Assembly: GCA_016195295.1 (NCBI GenBank)
Contig: JACPZV010000102.1
Span: forward strand, 1 to 32,214
Reading direction: 5' to 3'
DNA from: Acidobacteriota bacterium
Lineage (GTDB): Bacteria > Acidobacteriota > Vicinamibacteria > Vicinamibacterales > CAVVIG01
Length of the DNA: 32,214 bases
Shown: positions 32,078-32,214 of the stretch, piece by piece
How positions within the stretch are numbered: position 1 is the first letter of the stretch
Layout: each line of letters begins with the position of its first letter
Translations under genes and position numbers: made by a program
Notes under the pieces: generated by a model
The model's input: only the letters and a program-made list of their open reading frames with translations
Told to the model about the DNA's origin: nothing
Database searches by the model: none

Positions 32078-32214
32078 ATGAATGCGCAGACGCAGGATCT
32101 GAAGGCGCTGTTGCTCCAAACGGACGAGGAATATCAGAATCTCGCCGTCAAGCACCACGAACTTGAAGATCGCCTGCACCAACTGACCGCCAAGCCGTAT
32201 CTCTCCGAACCCGA
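32078..32214 (+). CDS. DUF465 (YdcH-like) small coiled-coil protein; 3' end outside the window
   Basis: Strong Shine-Dalgarno AAGGAGG lies 7 nt upstream of the ATG. MNAQTQDLKALLLQTDEEYQNLAVKHHELEDRLHQLTAKPYLSEP matches the DUF465 pattern (H..L...L..L......LS..E). Confidence 0.75.
   Translation, partial: MNAQTQDLKALLLQTDEEYQNLAVKHHELEDRLHQLTAKPYLSEP

Overview
High-GC bacterial chromosomal segment. Gene content suggests a soil Acidobacteriota- or Gemmatimonadota-like organism, but that is inference only. I can support about 30 protein genes, one tRNA-Arg(CCT), no rRNA and no CRISPR. In order, the window holds: a PQQ quinoprotein dehydrogenase; a DEAD-box helicase whose stop overlaps the start of a diadenylate-cyclase-like gene; a GT-C glycosyltransferase; a large BNR/Asp-box protein; acyP-apt; a UPF0175/DUF3368 toxin-antitoxin pair preceded by two Ser/Thr-kinase N-terminal stubs; an FN3/beta-helix lipoprotein plus a Tat esterase; a three-gene lipid-type operon (SDR, UPF0104-like membrane protein, CDP-alcohol phosphatidyltransferase); a lower-GC islet with two paralogous membrane-anchored genes and an integrase remnant next to the tRNA; a polyamine operon (deoxyhypusine-synthase-like, aguB, aguA); a peptidase-PD40-Omp85 fusion protein; a family-5 solute-binding protein; and mutS, tsaB, rimI and a DUF465 gene start. 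Four things are not explained by the gene list. (1) Two related families of GTAG-headed palindromic (REP/BIME-like) repeats: eight full copies and two partial ones, including a four-copy cluster, one copy embedded in frame inside a CDS, and three copies whose TAG serves as a gene stop codon. (2) Five otherwise recognisable genes are out of frame, four of them with an apparent 20-40 residue internal gap. These are either real pseudogenes or assembly artefacts. (3) Heptamer (AGTCGTY) arrays, and exact TATAAT boxes 9-12 nt upstream of start codons, which implies very short leaders. (4) Pervasive start/stop overlaps, including GTGA, TTGA and probably CTGA. No RAYT transposase, intact integrase or classical defence island is visible. 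The most system-like candidate is the helicase/DAC-like pair.
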